A stretch of 64,000 nt of DNA from a virus (IMGVR_UViG_3300019872_000002:13186-77185), one strand, 5' to 3'; counted from the first letter of the stretch, positions 29,132-39,919 are shown. Numbers and translations: made by a program. The notes: generated from the sequence alone by a model not told the origin.

Positions 29132-32100
29132 TTATGTTGTTATGGTTATAGTCCCTTTAGGTATATCATTTTCTATAATAGTTCCGCTTACAGGTATAGT
29201 TCCTGATTCAGAGTAAGCAAATTCTCCTGTTATCGTTTCGGGAATACCTACACTAATATTATTCGTCAAAGTTGCTGTTAATAAATTAGCATCTGTCAGG
29301 TAATTGAATGGATAAAATGAATTTCCATTTTTAGGGTTCACATTCAGAATAAAATTACCAGTTGTGTTATCATCAAGCTTAACTCCGTAATCTCCTTCAT
29401 TTAGTGAATTAACAGTTGACAGTGTTTTTGTAGTATATCCTACAGCTGTACTTGATCCGGTAGATACAATATCAACAGAAGTAGCCCCAACAGGGATAAC
29501 ATATTCAAAATACTGCAATTCTATCGCTTGAGTTGTTACATCGTTATTATACAAACTGGTCACATTATTCAGCTTAATCCCCAAATTTGCTTTTGATGAT
29601 GGTGCCCATGGATAAACATCAGGAAAGGAGAATTGTATTATTTTTATAGTATCCCCCTCGTAATATGTCCCGGATATGGTGCCTGCCCCTGCAAAAGCTA
29701 ATCTATCAGTTTCTACCCCGTTTCTTTGAACTATTAAAGCGTTCCAAGTAAATGGATCTGCCCCATATATAATCTGCCAGTTTATAGGTACTGTTAAGGC
29801 TATAGAACATGCTGTTGTATCGAATATTGGAGCAACATAATCAGGATCAGTAACATCGTTAGGTTTTTCTTCTCCAGTAAGCGAGTTGTCATAAACCAGA
29901 TATTCTTCAAGAGTAGCCCAACCTTTGTAGCCAGTGTTCAATCCGTCTTCTGTGACGCAGAAGTATGATAATTCCTTTTGTCTCCAAGCTTTTTCTTGAG
30001 GCACATCTACGACCGTAATACAGGCTTTCTTAGGCAGTGACCATGCACCATCAATGAAAGCCCTGTATGTAAAGCTATCGTTGCCTACAAAGTCTGTATT
30101 TGGCTGATACGTAATTTCAAAGCCGCTAGTTAAAGTGGCTGTGCCGTTTACCGATGGTGCAACAATTTCAAAAGTAGTTGAATCAGGTAAAAGCGGAGTC
30201 GATATAACCCATCCATTAAAACCATCGAAGTATATGTACTTATTATAGCCCTCAATGGTAACCACATAGACCCCATTCTTACGGTCAAATCCCCCAAATA
30301 TCCTTGCTTTGTTATTAACCGCCTGGGTTAGCAACTCTCGGACTTCATTGTCCAAGAAATATGTTTTGCTAATAGGTTCTTCACCATTACCTCCCAAACG
30401 AATAATAACCCCTGAGTTGGGGCTTATGAAATATTTTTGAGTTGCATTAGCCGCATAGCTCTCCGGACTATTACCAATCCCTCCCTCCCATGCAAAATAC
30501 TGTATTGGGTTCAATAATTTGGCTGAGCCAACGTTCAAAGCAACTCCGCTATTATCTTGTGTGATCCTTGCATCTACCGGAACATAAGATGTTTTCAATT
30601 GCTTGAAGGTATATATCAGGTTGGTATCAAACTTAGTCAGCATGATATCTCCGTATTTATCATTGTAATCCTCTCTGTCAAGGTTGTCAAAGTCATTTAG
30701 ACCATTTATACGCGTATCCTCAATAAAGTTGTTAGAGAAACGCATACGGCTTCCGAAATGAACTTCTCCATCACCATTATCCTCTGCATTAACTCTTCCG
30801 TTATCATTCATTAAACTTTCGTAAAAGTCAGAGTAACTTTGGTCTTCTACAGGTTGAATGGTCATTTGAGTTCCTGGAAATTGATTGTTTAATGGCTGCT
30901 CTCTGTTGCGTACATAAGCCGTTCCTTCGCTGATTTCAACCAAAGCAGGTAATACGGCTGTTTGATTTTGTTTGTTGCCCCCGTGGTAAGCGTTTTCCGT
31001 GCCTGCATTAATGATTGCAAATTTCTTTTGGAACTCAAAGAACTGTTGCGTAGACAATGGATTTGAAATACTTGATGGCTTATATATTTCAACCATACTG
31101 TTGTCTTCCAATGTAATACCAGACGGCTTACGTATCCTTACTGTACCTCTTCTGTCGATTAATTTGTAAGATAGATAAGTAGCAGGATCTGTGCCGCCTA
31201 CAGTATTGTTCAGCAAATAGGTAGTTGATGTTGGAGCATCTGTAATTTCCCTTTCGTTACCATCTATTAGCATAAACTTCCCGATGTTACTGGCTTTCGC
31301 CTCTCCAACTGTAACTGTAGCTGAGCCATTAGTTGTAACATTTGAAAATATGTCATCAGTTAAAGTCGCACTGTAGGAAATGATCTCAGTTTCAAAGGAT
31401 GGGTAATATGTTCCGTCACTTGTTTTTCTAATAGCACGTAGACGATCTCCTTTGGCAAATTCATAAACCAGTGGGGTATTAGGATGAATCTTTTGGTAGG
31501 TATATAAACTGCCAACTACTAAATCTAAGTAGTCTTGAGCTTCATCATCATTTACAGCAACCACTTTCTGAATTAGCATTTGAATATAAGTCCCATACAC
31601 CAAATCAGAAGATCTGACAATCTGATAGTACTTAGCCCATATAGGAGCCTTATGGTTGATTTGTACCGTTATTTTAGAAGCTTTATAGCCTCCTAATTCA
31701 TTTATGGTACTAATGTTCACAATCAGTGCATCAACAGTGTATACAAGCGATTTACGTCCGTCAAAGTCTTCATACTCTATACCTAGTTTAATGCTGCTTC
31801 CAAGCTTAATATTTCTTATAGATTGTCCGGTATCTTTCAAAGTATTGAACTGTACAGGCTGTACGGATGCTGATCCGCTTATATCATTCTGGTTTCTGGT
31901 CGCCTTTATGATGTAGGAGAAGGTGACCATATCCGGTGTGACCGTATTGTTGTAAATATTAGTCTCCGGTAGTTCTTCTGTTTTCCTAAATATTCTGCCT
32001 GTTCCAATCAAAAACTGTTTTACTTTATTAGCTACGGTAAGGTAAGTATCAGTATTTATCGCGGTGTAAGTGTAATTAAAGTTGTCTGACTGCCCATTGG

Positions 32101-33400
32101 AAAGAATAAGCTTAAATTGATTACCAGCCTTTACATCACTACCGATCTTTATCGTATGTATAACAAACCTAGAAGGAGACTCTTTGGCTGAGAGGAAAGT
32201 ATTGACCCCATCTACAGTTGTAATGTCCTCATGAGAAGAAACGTAGTCAGCTGTTCCTTTTGTTAAATTGAAATATGGATCGTTAAATTCATTATCTACC
32301 CCATCTTCTATGAATAAATCAGAATAGGTAACGCTTGTAGATACATCAATATCAACGACTGGAAACCCTTCATAAGCATTACTATACACAAGGGCATTCT
32401 TAACGAAAGCTTGGCATAATGGCCTCTTTGGGAGAAAGCTATATGGCCTTATAATTTTTGTCTGATCCAGGCTAGCTGCAGCAATATCATTATAAAAAGT
32501 ATAAGTGTATTGCGTATTATCACTCAATCCAAGCCTCTTCTTATTTACAGTAGTAATCAGAACCCAATTAAGTAGAGAAGTATCATTTACTGCTGCAGAA
32601 GTATCTTGCATAGCTACCTCAATTTTAATAACAGTTTTATCTCCTGTACCAAAACTTATCTGCAACGCATTATTATCCGTTGGTATTGCATTCACACCTG
32701 TAAATGGCTCGTATGCTGGCAAAGGAACAGCACTAAAGTCGCTCCAATTACTTACTTCTCCATCGTCATATAGAAATCTTACAGCAAACTTATACAACGC
32801 GCCATACAGCCTATTGAACTTCTTAGTAGTATCAGAAAAGTAGATAGCAGTAGGAGCAAATGGGTCTGTCTGTTTATACGCATTTATATAAGATTCTAGC
32901 ACTGTCCCGTATCCAGTGGCAGATTTATCTATCAACTTAGAGATATTCGTTTTACGGGCATTTTCTTTGCCGTCAACCCAATATAACCGCCCTTTTATTA
33001 CGTCAGCGTGTAGGATAAGATACTCTGGACTAAATCTCAATATTTGAATACCTCCTGTATCCTCTTTGTCGTGAAGGATATTTATAACTGTTTTGGTCAG
33101 TGCATCATATTGAAATATACTATCGTTACCATTGTCGTTGTATACCATGAAGTAAAACTTATTGTTCTCTTCATCGTTAGCCACTCCCATACATCTGTTG
33201 AATCCAGATGGCAAAGCAAAAGCAATTTCTGTATTGCCCTTCACATTGGTAATTATACCAACGTTACCTTCCCCCTGAGAATGAATATTGCAATTTAATA
33301 TGTACGTGGCCGCTGTAGGAGGGAGCAACTCCCTGGCTATCGTAGTAATTATCCCATCAGTGAATGTATGGGTATCGACTTGTTTCAGATTTGATGGCAT
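29132..33400 (-). CDS. tail nozzle/muzzle (P22 gp10-like stabilisation) protein with C-terminal Ig-like domains
   Basis: GNVGIITNVKGN N-terminus, YGDI..., GGFD, then NGTATL...YQPNTDFVGNDSFTY cadherin/Big-like repeat. Confidence 0.7.
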   Translation of the reverse strand: MPSNLKQVDTHTFTDGIITTIARELLPPTAATYILNCNIHSQGEGNVGIITNVKGNTEIAFALPSGFNRCMGVANDEENNKFYFMVYNDNGNDSIFQYDALTKTVINILHDKEDTGGIQILRFSPEYLILHADVIKGRLYWVDGKENARKTNISKLIDKSATGYGTVLESYINAYKQTDPFAPTAIYFSDTTKKFNRLYGALYKFAVRFLYDDGEVSNWSDFSAVPLPAYEPFTGVNAIPTDNNALQISFGTGDKTVIKIEVAMQDTSAAVNDTSLLNWVLITTVNKKRLGLSDNTQYTYTFYNDIAAASLDQTKIIRPYSFLPKRPLCQAFVKNALVYSNAYEGFPVVDIDVSTSVTYSDLFIEDGVDNEFNDPYFNLTKGTADYVSSHEDITTVDGVNTFLSAKESPSRFVIHTIKIGSDVKAGNQFKLILSNGQSDNFNYTYTAINTDTYLTVANKVKQFLIGTGRIFRKTEELPETNIYNNTVTPDMVTFSYIIKATRNQNDISGSASVQPVQFNTLKDTGQSIRNIKLGSSIKLGIEYEDFDGRKSLVYTVDALIVNISTINELGGYKASKITVQINHKAPIWAKYYQIVRSSDLVYGTYIQMLIQKVVAVNDDEAQDYLDLVVGSLYTYQKIHPNTPLVYEFAKGDRLRAIRKTSDGTYYPSFETEIISYSATLTDDIFSNVTTNGSATVTVGEAKASNIGKFMLIDGNEREITDAPTSTTYLLNNTVGGTDPATYLSYKLIDRRGTVRIRKPSGITLEDNSMVEIYKPSSISNPLSTQQFFEFQKKFAIINAGTENAYHGGNKQNQTAVLPALVEISEGTAYVRNREQPLNNQFPGTQMTIQPVEDQSYSDFYESLMNDNGRVNAEDNGDGEVHFGSRMRFSNNFIEDTRINGLNDFDNLDREDYNDKYGDIMLTKFDTNLIYTFKQLKTSYVPVDARITQDNSGVALNVGSAKLLNPIQYFAWEGGIGNSPESYAANATQKYFISPNSGVIIRLGGNGEEPISKTYFLDNEVRELLTQAVNNKARIFGGFDRKNGVYVVTIEGYNKYIYFDGFNGWVISTPLLPDSTTFEIVAPSVNGTATLTSGFEITYQPNTDFVGNDSFTYRAFIDGAWSLPKKACITVVDVPQEKAWRQKELSYFCVTEDGLNTGYKGWATLEEYLVYDNSLTGEEKPNDVTDPDYVAPIFDTTACSIALTVPINWQIIYGADPFTWNALIVQRNGVETDRLAFAGAGTISGTYYEGDTIKIIQFSFPDVYPWAPSSKANLGIKLNNVTSLYNNDVTTQAIELQYFEYVIPVGATSVDIVSTGSSTAVGYTTKTLSTVNSLNEGDYGVKLDDNTTGNFILNVNPKNGNSFYPFNYLTDANLLTATLTNNISVGIPETITGEFAYSESGTIPVSGTIIENDIPKGTITITT

Positions 33401-33451
33401 ATTAAACTCAATTAATTATACCTCAAATGTAAATATTATTTAAAGGAGTCT

Positions 33452-34198
33452 TTAATAGTTACTTGGCGAGAAGGATTTGTTCAGTTCTGCTGATGCGTAA
33501 AGCGCATTCTGGAAGTTGTACAGTCGCTGCAACTTATTGAAGTGACGTTCATATTCAGAGTTGTTGTATATGGCCATATTTAAATCACCCCTCTCTTCGT
33601 AGAACCTTGCTTTAGCCCAATAAGAGATACACATTTCAGCCTCTGTAGGAATTAATTTAAGGCCGTCTGATATACCGTCTGACTTATTCAATTACTCTAT
33701 TTCAGCATCTTTAGGCACCAAGCTACCTATTTGTATCTCCCCAGTTTTCTTATCTATGTTATAATATCCAGGAGCATACACGCCTCTACCAAAACCGTAC
33801 AGTTCCCCAAGGAAATTATTCCCTCTAAAACAATTGTAGAATGGGAACATTTGGCCTACATATTCTCCACAAAATATATCATTCACCATTTGTTCAGATT
33901 GTGATTGATTTAATCGTTCTCGTTGAACACTCTTGTCGAGACTCAAAACAGCTAAGTGTCCGTTACGCAAGATTCCTACTTTGGTTTCATAAACAAAGTC
34001 ACTCGGCATTGAAATTACATTATCAAATTCAAGAATTGCAGTTTTAACACTGAAATCCTGATTCAAAAACAGGTTCATTTCTCTCCATCCGGAAAGTAAA
34101 TGACGTGAAAAAGTAAACTCATATTTCCCAGTACTATCACCGATTCCTGAGGATAGATTAGAAGCGATTGTTTTTATTGAAACCAGAGCTTTTGACAT
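33452..34198 (-). CDS. head-tail adaptor/ring protein interrupted by an in-frame TAA at 33692-33694
   Basis: Track ORFs 33692-34198 and 33452-33691 share a frame and are separated only by TAA. Confidence 0.6.
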
Positions 34199-34201
34199 TG
34201 C

Positions 34202-34828
34202 TTATCTTTTTAAAGTATTGGTATCGTCTACCTTATTGTTAATTAAATCTGCTGGCTTAGCTTTTTGTCCTGTGAACCATTGAATACAAACGTCTAAAGC
34301 GATTACCTCTGTGGAGGCTATAAGAGGTAATTCATCATCGTCATCCAAGTCTTCTACCCGAACAATATACTCCCCATTCAAAAACTCTGAAAGTACGCCT
34401 GTTGGGTACACTTCCATACCATACTGTCCAAGAGGATAGTAAAATCCTTGCCCAAGTAACAAGTCTTTATAATGATGTATTGTACGCCTGTCAGCGTCCA
34501 TCAGAGGCGAGTAATAGTTGTTACAGTTATCGAATACTGCTCTTACCCCTTCGTTTCCGTACAGAGGTACATAGCCTTTTGGGAGGGTAATACTCGCAAC
34601 CGGAGTAGTCCTGTCAATAGGAATATTTTTAAACACCCCGTAGAACATGGAAGGTAAATCCCTATTACCCTCCTGCTTTAAAGATATGTTTCTTCCAGAG
34701 GTAAGCGCATAGTTAACAGCAGCAGGAATGTAAGCCTCAATATCCTCTCGCTGTACATTCATTTCATCTGTCAGAACACCTCCTGATACAGCTAATAACA
34801 CACTCTCCTTAAAAACGCCCTTTGTCAT
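34202..34828 (-). CDS. head-tail adaptor/ring protein
   Basis: Position between capsid and nozzle genes; 208 aa. Confidence 0.55.
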   Translation of the reverse strand: MTKGVFKESVLLAVSGGVLTDEMNVQREDIEAYIPAAVNYALTSGRNISLKQEGNRDLPSMFYGVFKNIPIDRTTPVASITLPKGYVPLYGNEGVRAVFDNCNNYYSPLMDADRRTIHHYKDLLLGQGFYYPLGQYGMEVYPTGVLSEFLNGEYIVRVEDLDDDDELPLIASTEVIALDVCIQWFTGQKAKPADLINNKVDDTNTLKR

Positions 34829-34831
34829 CGC

Positions 34832-35038
34832 TTAACCTTTTGCACCCACGTAAATAGTCTGTCCTTTTTTGTTTGTCCTGGTTCCGAATATAGTTCTAAA
34901 TTCTTTGGATACAAGACCTTCTGTTGCTCCTGCACCTGCTACCGGGCTTAGTTCATCCACCGGAATAACTTGAATGTTTTCTGCGTAGAGATCAGTAATC
35001 TTTGCTACTACCTCTGCTTTTTTTTCTGTTAATGTCAT
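34832..35038 (-). CDS. small structural-module hypothetical protein
   Basis: 68-aa ORF with tight junctions. Confidence 0.6.
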   Translation of the reverse strand: MTLTEKKAEVVAKITDLYAENIQVIPVDELSPVAGAGATEGLVSKEFRTIFGTRTNKKGQTIYVGAKG

Positions 35039-35045
35039 AGTATTT

Positions 35046-35738
35046 TTATTTTACGTCTGTTTGCACTGTTCTGTTAATTGCTAGCTCAGAGAAAGACTGT
35101 GCTAAATTTTCCCGCTGTTCTATACCCATACTTTCTAACATGAAGTAAACAAATAAGTTGAATAAACCTTCTGGAAATTCAATATCAATAGTATTTTCTA
35201 TATCTAATACCAAGTAATCATTGTCGTCATCTTCTGCGGTAGTAAAAGCTATCTTGGCCTCAGAAGGTTTTTTGCAGTAAATGAAATTAACCGGAATATT
35301 GCTTTGTTTCGGTAGCATGGTTATATTCCCATCTGTAAAATAGTATAACGTCTTATTCTTGGTCAAGTTAGGCTTACGTATAGGGCTGCTTAACGTCATT
35401 CCGATAGCGTTTACCGTTATTTTATGAGCAGCATACTCTTCGTTCACATTTGGTCTATAATTGATAGCTAACGTCCTGTAATAATCTTCATAAGTTTCTA
35501 TTATTGATGAAGCGAACAATTTACCTCCGGTAGTAGATACGACTGCTTCTGAAATTATATGATTTATCAAAGCGTCTGTTACCTTCTGATTGTTCTCATA
35601 GTTATCGCAAAGCAATGATAATATAGCATACTGTACAGAATACAAATTACTGTTAAACTCAGCAGCAGTAAAGTATCCGGAGGTGCCTGTTTTAGTCAGT
35701 ACGCTCAGCCTTTCCCAAAGTGTTTCGACTTTTATCAT
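35046..35738 (-). CDS. head-tail adaptor/ring protein
   Basis: GYFTAAEFN...YCKKP pattern typical of Bacteroidota podovirus adaptors; start placed at MIKVETL. Confidence 0.6.
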   Translation of the reverse strand: MIKVETLWERLSVLTKTGTSGYFTAAEFNSNLYSVQYAILSLLCDNYENNQKVTDALINHIISEAVVSTTGGKLFASSIIETYEDYYRTLAINYRPNVNEEYAAHKITVNAIGMTLSSPIRKPNLTKNKTLYYFTDGNITMLPKQSNIPVNFIYCKKPSEAKIAFTTAEDDDNDYLVLDIENTIDIEFPEGLFNLFVYFMLESMGIEQRENLAQSFSELAINRTVQTDVK

Positions 35739-35761
35739 AAACAAATGTACATAAAAAAACA

Positions 35762-35793
35762 AAAGCCAAGAATCAACTAAGACCCTTGGCTTT
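35762..35793 (-). terminator. intrinsic terminator
   Basis: AAAGCCAAG/CTTGGCTTT stem plus T-rich tail; TACATTTG at 35742-35749 follows. Confidence 0.65.
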
Positions 35794-35817
35794 AAATCAT
35801 AACTCAACTCTGTATTC

Positions 35818-36951
35818 CTATTCTTCGTTCTTACGTCTCAGCCACGCTTTAATCTTATTGAAGTGAGGCATTTCATCATTTCCAGCTTCCTCTTGTAAAG
35901 CAGTAATTGCATCGTCACTGGTGTATACTTTCTTAGGAGTAGTTTGCGGTACGTCGCTACCAAAGTTTTTTAAATGATCAGGGAGTTCATCACCTACAAC
36001 CCTTTCAGTAGAAATAACTTGTGCTGGCTGGTTGGCGGCTTCCATATATCTCAAATCACGCTCAGCCTTTTCCATTGCGCTCAGGTCATTAGTGATACTG
36101 GTCAAGATATTCATGTGTTTATTAATATCACTAAAGAAATAGTTCTTTAAAGCCTGTTTAGCATCTTGAGTTACATTTTGAATATCAAGGATGTGTTCTC
36201 CCTCGCGTTCTCCACTTACCCATGACCAACGTCTAACATTCCCAATCGTCTGCAGTTTAACAACACCTTTATCGATAAGATTAGTGATCCTTCCATCAAT
36301 GTATGTAAGCTCCGTATTAGACTTCTCATTGTAAGCCTTAGGATATTTGCTGGCATACTCCATTACATCAGCACGAACGTCGCTAGGGTCTTTCTTATCA
36401 ACTCCTTTAATACCCAAACCTTTTGCCAGGATAACCAGTCTTTCTTCGTTTAGGTTCTTAGCATGAGACAGCGCATCTGTTAACGCATCAATTGAAGCAA
36501 TTTTAGCTTGTGAACGTTTTTTAGTATCAATAAATTCGTACTTGGCTTTACCGTTTTTAGTCTTTAACGGAGACAGCGCATTGTTAGGGTTCAGATAAAT
36601 GAATACCCCTAAGTCAATATTATTTTGGAAAGCAAACGTTGCACCGGTAGTGTTTACGTATCTAGGCTCAAATTGGTCAATAACCCGATCTCCTACAATT
36701 TTTGGATTACTACTGTCGGCATATCTAATTTCAGTCTTTAACCCTGTCTTAGGATCTGTAGCCATGAAGTGTGACCGCATACCGCTTGCTTTAGGAACCT
36801 TGATCAATCCCCCATTGATATTGTCAACTCGCCTACGGCTTTTCTCTACCTCAAATGAAGGCTTTTTAACTAGCTTATTGTAATCCTCCTTGCTTGCGTA
36901 TTTCAGCATCAATTCCTCAGCTGATACCTGTTTTCTGTTTTCAAATAGCAT
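35818..36951 (-). CDS. structural-module hypothetical protein
   Basis: 377-aa ORF downstream of capsid gene. Confidence 0.65.
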   Translation of the reverse strand: MLFENRKQVSAEELMLKYASKEDYNKLVKKPSFEVEKSRRRVDNINGGLIKVPKASGMRSHFMATDPKTGLKTEIRYADSSNPKIVGDRVIDQFEPRYVNTTGATFAFQNNIDLGVFIYLNPNNALSPLKTKNGKAKYEFIDTKKRSQAKIASIDALTDALSHAKNLNEERLVILAKGLGIKGVDKKDPSDVRADVMEYASKYPKAYNEKSNTELTYIDGRITNLIDKGVVKLQTIGNVRRWSWVSGEREGEHILDIQNVTQDAKQALKNYFFSDINKHMNILTSITNDLSAMEKAERDLRYMEAANQPAQVISTERVVGDELPDHLKNFGSDVPQTTPKKVYTSDDAITALQEEAGNDEMPHFNKIKAWLRRKNEE

Positions 36952-36952
36952 A

Positions 36953-37129
36953 TTATAATTCTTTTAGTTGTTGTTTGATTTTAATCTCTTGAATCCTGTT
37001 CTGTACAGACTTTTCTACAAACCACTGGATACTTGATCCATGAGTAGCCTTATAGTCGTTCATAAAGTCTACATCTTCCTGATCTAGCTCTATTCTATAC
37101 GAAGGTCTTTTTGTTTTATCAGTTGCCAT
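36953..37129 (-). CDS. small ribbon-helix-helix-like DNA-binding protein
   Basis: RPSYRIELDQEDVDFMNDY..THGSSIQWFVEKSV fits the beta-alpha-alpha pattern; 58 aa. Confidence 0.5.
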   Translation of the reverse strand: MATDKTKRPSYRIELDQEDVDFMNDYKATHGSSIQWFVEKSVQNRIQEIKIKQQLKEL

Positions 37130-37133
37130 ACGC

Positions 37134-37166
37134 CAAATATAATACAAAAAATTGGTTACACACAAA
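37134..37166 (-). promoter_or_regulatory. Bacteroidota-type promoter
   Basis: TATATTTG with TTTG 21 nt upstream, 4 nt before ATG 37129. Confidence 0.6.
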
Positions 37167-37206
37167 TGTGCCTGTTTCCGAAAGTTGTAGGTTTGACTAA
37201 AAATAG

Positions 37207-37239
37207 AAAAGCCCTGCAAGAATTACTCCTACAGGGCTT
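37207..37239 (-). terminator. intrinsic terminator after major capsid gene
   Basis: AAGCCCTG/CAGGGCTT stem with T-run. Confidence 0.7.
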
Positions 37240-37258
37240 AGAATTATGAAAAGCTGAA

Positions 37259-38722
37259 TTATGAGGCTGATGTTCCTGCCGGATGGATAACGGCAAATTG
37301 CTCTCCTAAAGCAAAGTGAGGCGCAATCTCTGACCTCATGTAAGTGTTCTGAACGTCAAATTCAGATGATTTGGTAACTAACCTGTCGTTACCAGCACCA
37401 CCATTCACCCAAAGCTCATTCTCACGTGAGTAACCTGCTGTTCCTCTCCATTCATAACCTACATATGGGCGGTATTCTGCAGACTCACCGGCAAATCCGA
37501 AAGGAACTGCAACAGCCCAATCTTTTCCACCAATTTGTCCAGCTCCACCGATGTAGTCCAACTCAGGGGCATTTGTTTGTAAGAACGTGAAGTTACCCAA
37601 GCCGAAACCTGTAATACCCATGTTCACAAACATACCTTCTTCCGTGAAGCTGCTGTCAAATTTACGTGCATTACGTACACCCTCAGCAATATAACGGTCA
37701 GATACACCGATAACCCAATTGTAGTTATAACGGCTTGAGAAGAATTTCTCAATTTTCTGATTGAAATTATATCCCTCAATCAATAGGATTTCCGATGTAC
37801 CTACACGGATGTCGTGGAAGTAGTTTGATAAAGCGTACAAATCCGCATCATCAAAGTCGGAAGTGTCATACTCCATATCGTAACCGTTTTCCAAAGCGTA
37901 GTCAAGTAGACCCTGAGTACCTGGAATTGGAACCTCTGATTTTAATGGATCAGAATAATCAGTCCATCCAGTCGCCTTTTGACCGAACATCCAGATGTGA
38001 CCTTTTTGTTGCTCCATACGCATTTCAGCGTCTTTCAAGCCTTCTTTGTACATCAGGTTAGTACCAGGCACAACTTGGAATGGTGCGGTGGTAGTTAAGT
38101 GAGTACCAGAAGTGATATCTGTTTCTTTCGCAATCCAGAACGTGTTCTGATATTTGTAAGACAATGGACGTAAAGGCTCCGGTTGTCCAGTTCCTTCACC
38201 ACTCAAAGTGGAGATCCATGATGCTACTGATCCTTCGACAATCTCATCTTCTGGATCAATATCCCTATTGGCCTCTAAAGTGATTTGGTGAGGGTTAACA
38301 CTACGGTCTTTTTCAATCACACGATACTGAGTACCTTGTATTGCAAATTGATAAACCTCAGTTACACGAGGGCGTGACCAGATGGTCGTTCCTATTACGT
38401 TCACAGAAGTATACATGTCGTCTTCCGCTAGAGCAACAACTATCTCTCTACCTGTCGATGAAATTATTTCTCCAACAGTAAATAGGTCTTTAGGACGTGG
38501 TTTCTCGTAGTGACCTGTAATAGGGCCTTCTACTCCTTTTTTTACAGGTGTTCCCATACCAAACATCTTTAATTTACTTAAAGTCGTTGGTGGATAACCT
38601 GATTGTTTGAAGTAGGTGGATAACAGCTGAGGGTTATCGGCTAATAGTGTTGAACCTAGTACAAATACGTCTCCCTGTGCAGATTCAATGTGCGAAGGGG
38701 CGGTGCTGTCGATAGTTGGCAT
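37259..38722 (-). CDS. major capsid protein
   Basis: 487 aa after portal and scaffold-like genes; YKYQNTFWIAKETDITSG...MEQQKGHIWMFG HK97-like backbone; strong terminator after it. Confidence 0.75.
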   Translation of the reverse strand: MPTIDSTAPSHIESAQGDVFVLGSTLLADNPQLLSTYFKQSGYPPTTLSKLKMFGMGTPVKKGVEGPITGHYEKPRPKDLFTVGEIISSTGREIVVALAEDDMYTSVNVIGTTIWSRPRVTEVYQFAIQGTQYRVIEKDRSVNPHQITLEANRDIDPEDEIVEGSVASWISTLSGEGTGQPEPLRPLSYKYQNTFWIAKETDITSGTHLTTTAPFQVVPGTNLMYKEGLKDAEMRMEQQKGHIWMFGQKATGWTDYSDPLKSEVPIPGTQGLLDYALENGYDMEYDTSDFDDADLYALSNYFHDIRVGTSEILLIEGYNFNQKIEKFFSSRYNYNWVIGVSDRYIAEGVRNARKFDSSFTEEGMFVNMGITGFGLGNFTFLQTNAPELDYIGGAGQIGGKDWAVAVPFGFAGESAEYRPYVGYEWRGTAGYSRENELWVNGGAGNDRLVTKSSEFDVQNTYMRSEIAPHFALGEQFAVIHPAGTSAS

Positions 38723-38759
38723 ATTGTTTATAAGTTTTGATTTCTTGTGAATAATTTAA

Positions 38760-39899
38760 TTATCTGCCTGTGGCAACTTTAGTCAAGAAATCGCTGTATT
38801 CTTTTTGAGAGTTATCGACAATAACATTGGTTGATTCCGGTGGAAGACCTGTTCTGTTCTCATACTTATTGACCATTCTTTCTTCTGTTAATGCCTCAGC
38901 ATGTTTAAAGATAGATTGAGCAATGGTATCGAAGTTCTTTTCCAAATAGTCTGCCCTGATATACTTCTCTGCCAGAGCAACATTTTCGTCATTTACTTCC
39001 ATACGCCCATCTAAGAAAAATGATTCAAGTTTTACAGGCAATTGAGACTTAAACTCTGCATTGTAATCAAAGTTAAGTTTGACTGCTTGGTCGCCTTCTT
39101 TACCGTTTAGATTTTTCTCACCTAAACCGGATATTTTTTCTGATATGGTTGGTATGATCTGCTTTACAGATTTTTTATGGTTCTCAGCATCTGCAATCAA
39201 TTGGAGCCTGTTAGTCTCTGCTTGTACTGCTGCTGAATTATCAACTGTTGTTAAATCTTTTTTAAACTCTTTCAGAATCTTGCGATCCTCTAACGAACTT
39301 ACCCGGAGCTTTTCTTCAAGCCTTGCTCTTTCTGGTGTGCCTGGTTCGTAATCTTCAATAGGAAAATCTTCCTCTACGATCTCTTTAGCAATTTTTGCAT
39401 CGTAACCGTTTTTAACCATGACCATTACTTTAGCGTCTACTGGCGAAAGCTCATCAATGTTTAAACGGCTGATCTTAGTGAAGTTTTCAATTTCATCTGC
39501 AGATTTACCAGTTCTTACCATTTCGTTAAGAGTCTTCACATAGTCGTTAGCGAAAGGGTCTACCTTAAGCTTTTCTTCCAGTTCAGTTTTGGTAGTTAAT
39601 AGCGTGTCGTATTCTTTGATCTTAGGAAGGGCTAGTTTAAAACTATCCACATCTGTAAATAATCCTTCTGAGGTATCACTCAGAAATTTAGAATAGTCAA
39701 CCGCCACTTCTGCAGTTGGGATAACTGTTTCTGCTGCTACATTGGTTTTGTCATCAACTATTGCAGTTGAATCTGGTGTTTCAGTACTCGTGTCGGCAGG
39801 TTTATCAGCAACTATTTCAGCTGCTGGCGTTTCTGTCGGAGTCTCCGTAGCAAACCTTTGTGCTGCATACTCCATTACATTGTCTCCTTCTTGGCTCAT
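38760..39899 (-). CDS. putative scaffolding protein
   Basis: Acidic T/P/E-rich N-terminus, helical body, between portal and capsid. Confidence 0.55.
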   Translation of the reverse strand: MSQEGDNVMEYAAQRFATETPTETPAAEIVADKPADTSTETPDSTAIVDDKTNVAAETVIPTAEVAVDYSKFLSDTSEGLFTDVDSFKLALPKIKEYDTLLTTKTELEEKLKVDPFANDYVKTLNEMVRTGKSADEIENFTKISRLNIDELSPVDAKVMVMVKNGYDAKIAKEIVEEDFPIEDYEPGTPERARLEEKLRVSSLEDRKILKEFKKDLTTVDNSAAVQAETNRLQLIADAENHKKSVKQIIPTISEKISGLGEKNLNGKEGDQAVKLNFDYNAEFKSQLPVKLESFFLDGRMEVNDENVALAEKYIRADYLEKNFDTIAQSIFKHAEALTEERMVNKYENRTGLPPESTNVIVDNSQKEYSDFLTKVATGR

Positions 39900-39919
39900 A
39901 TCTTTTCAATTTTCTTGAT

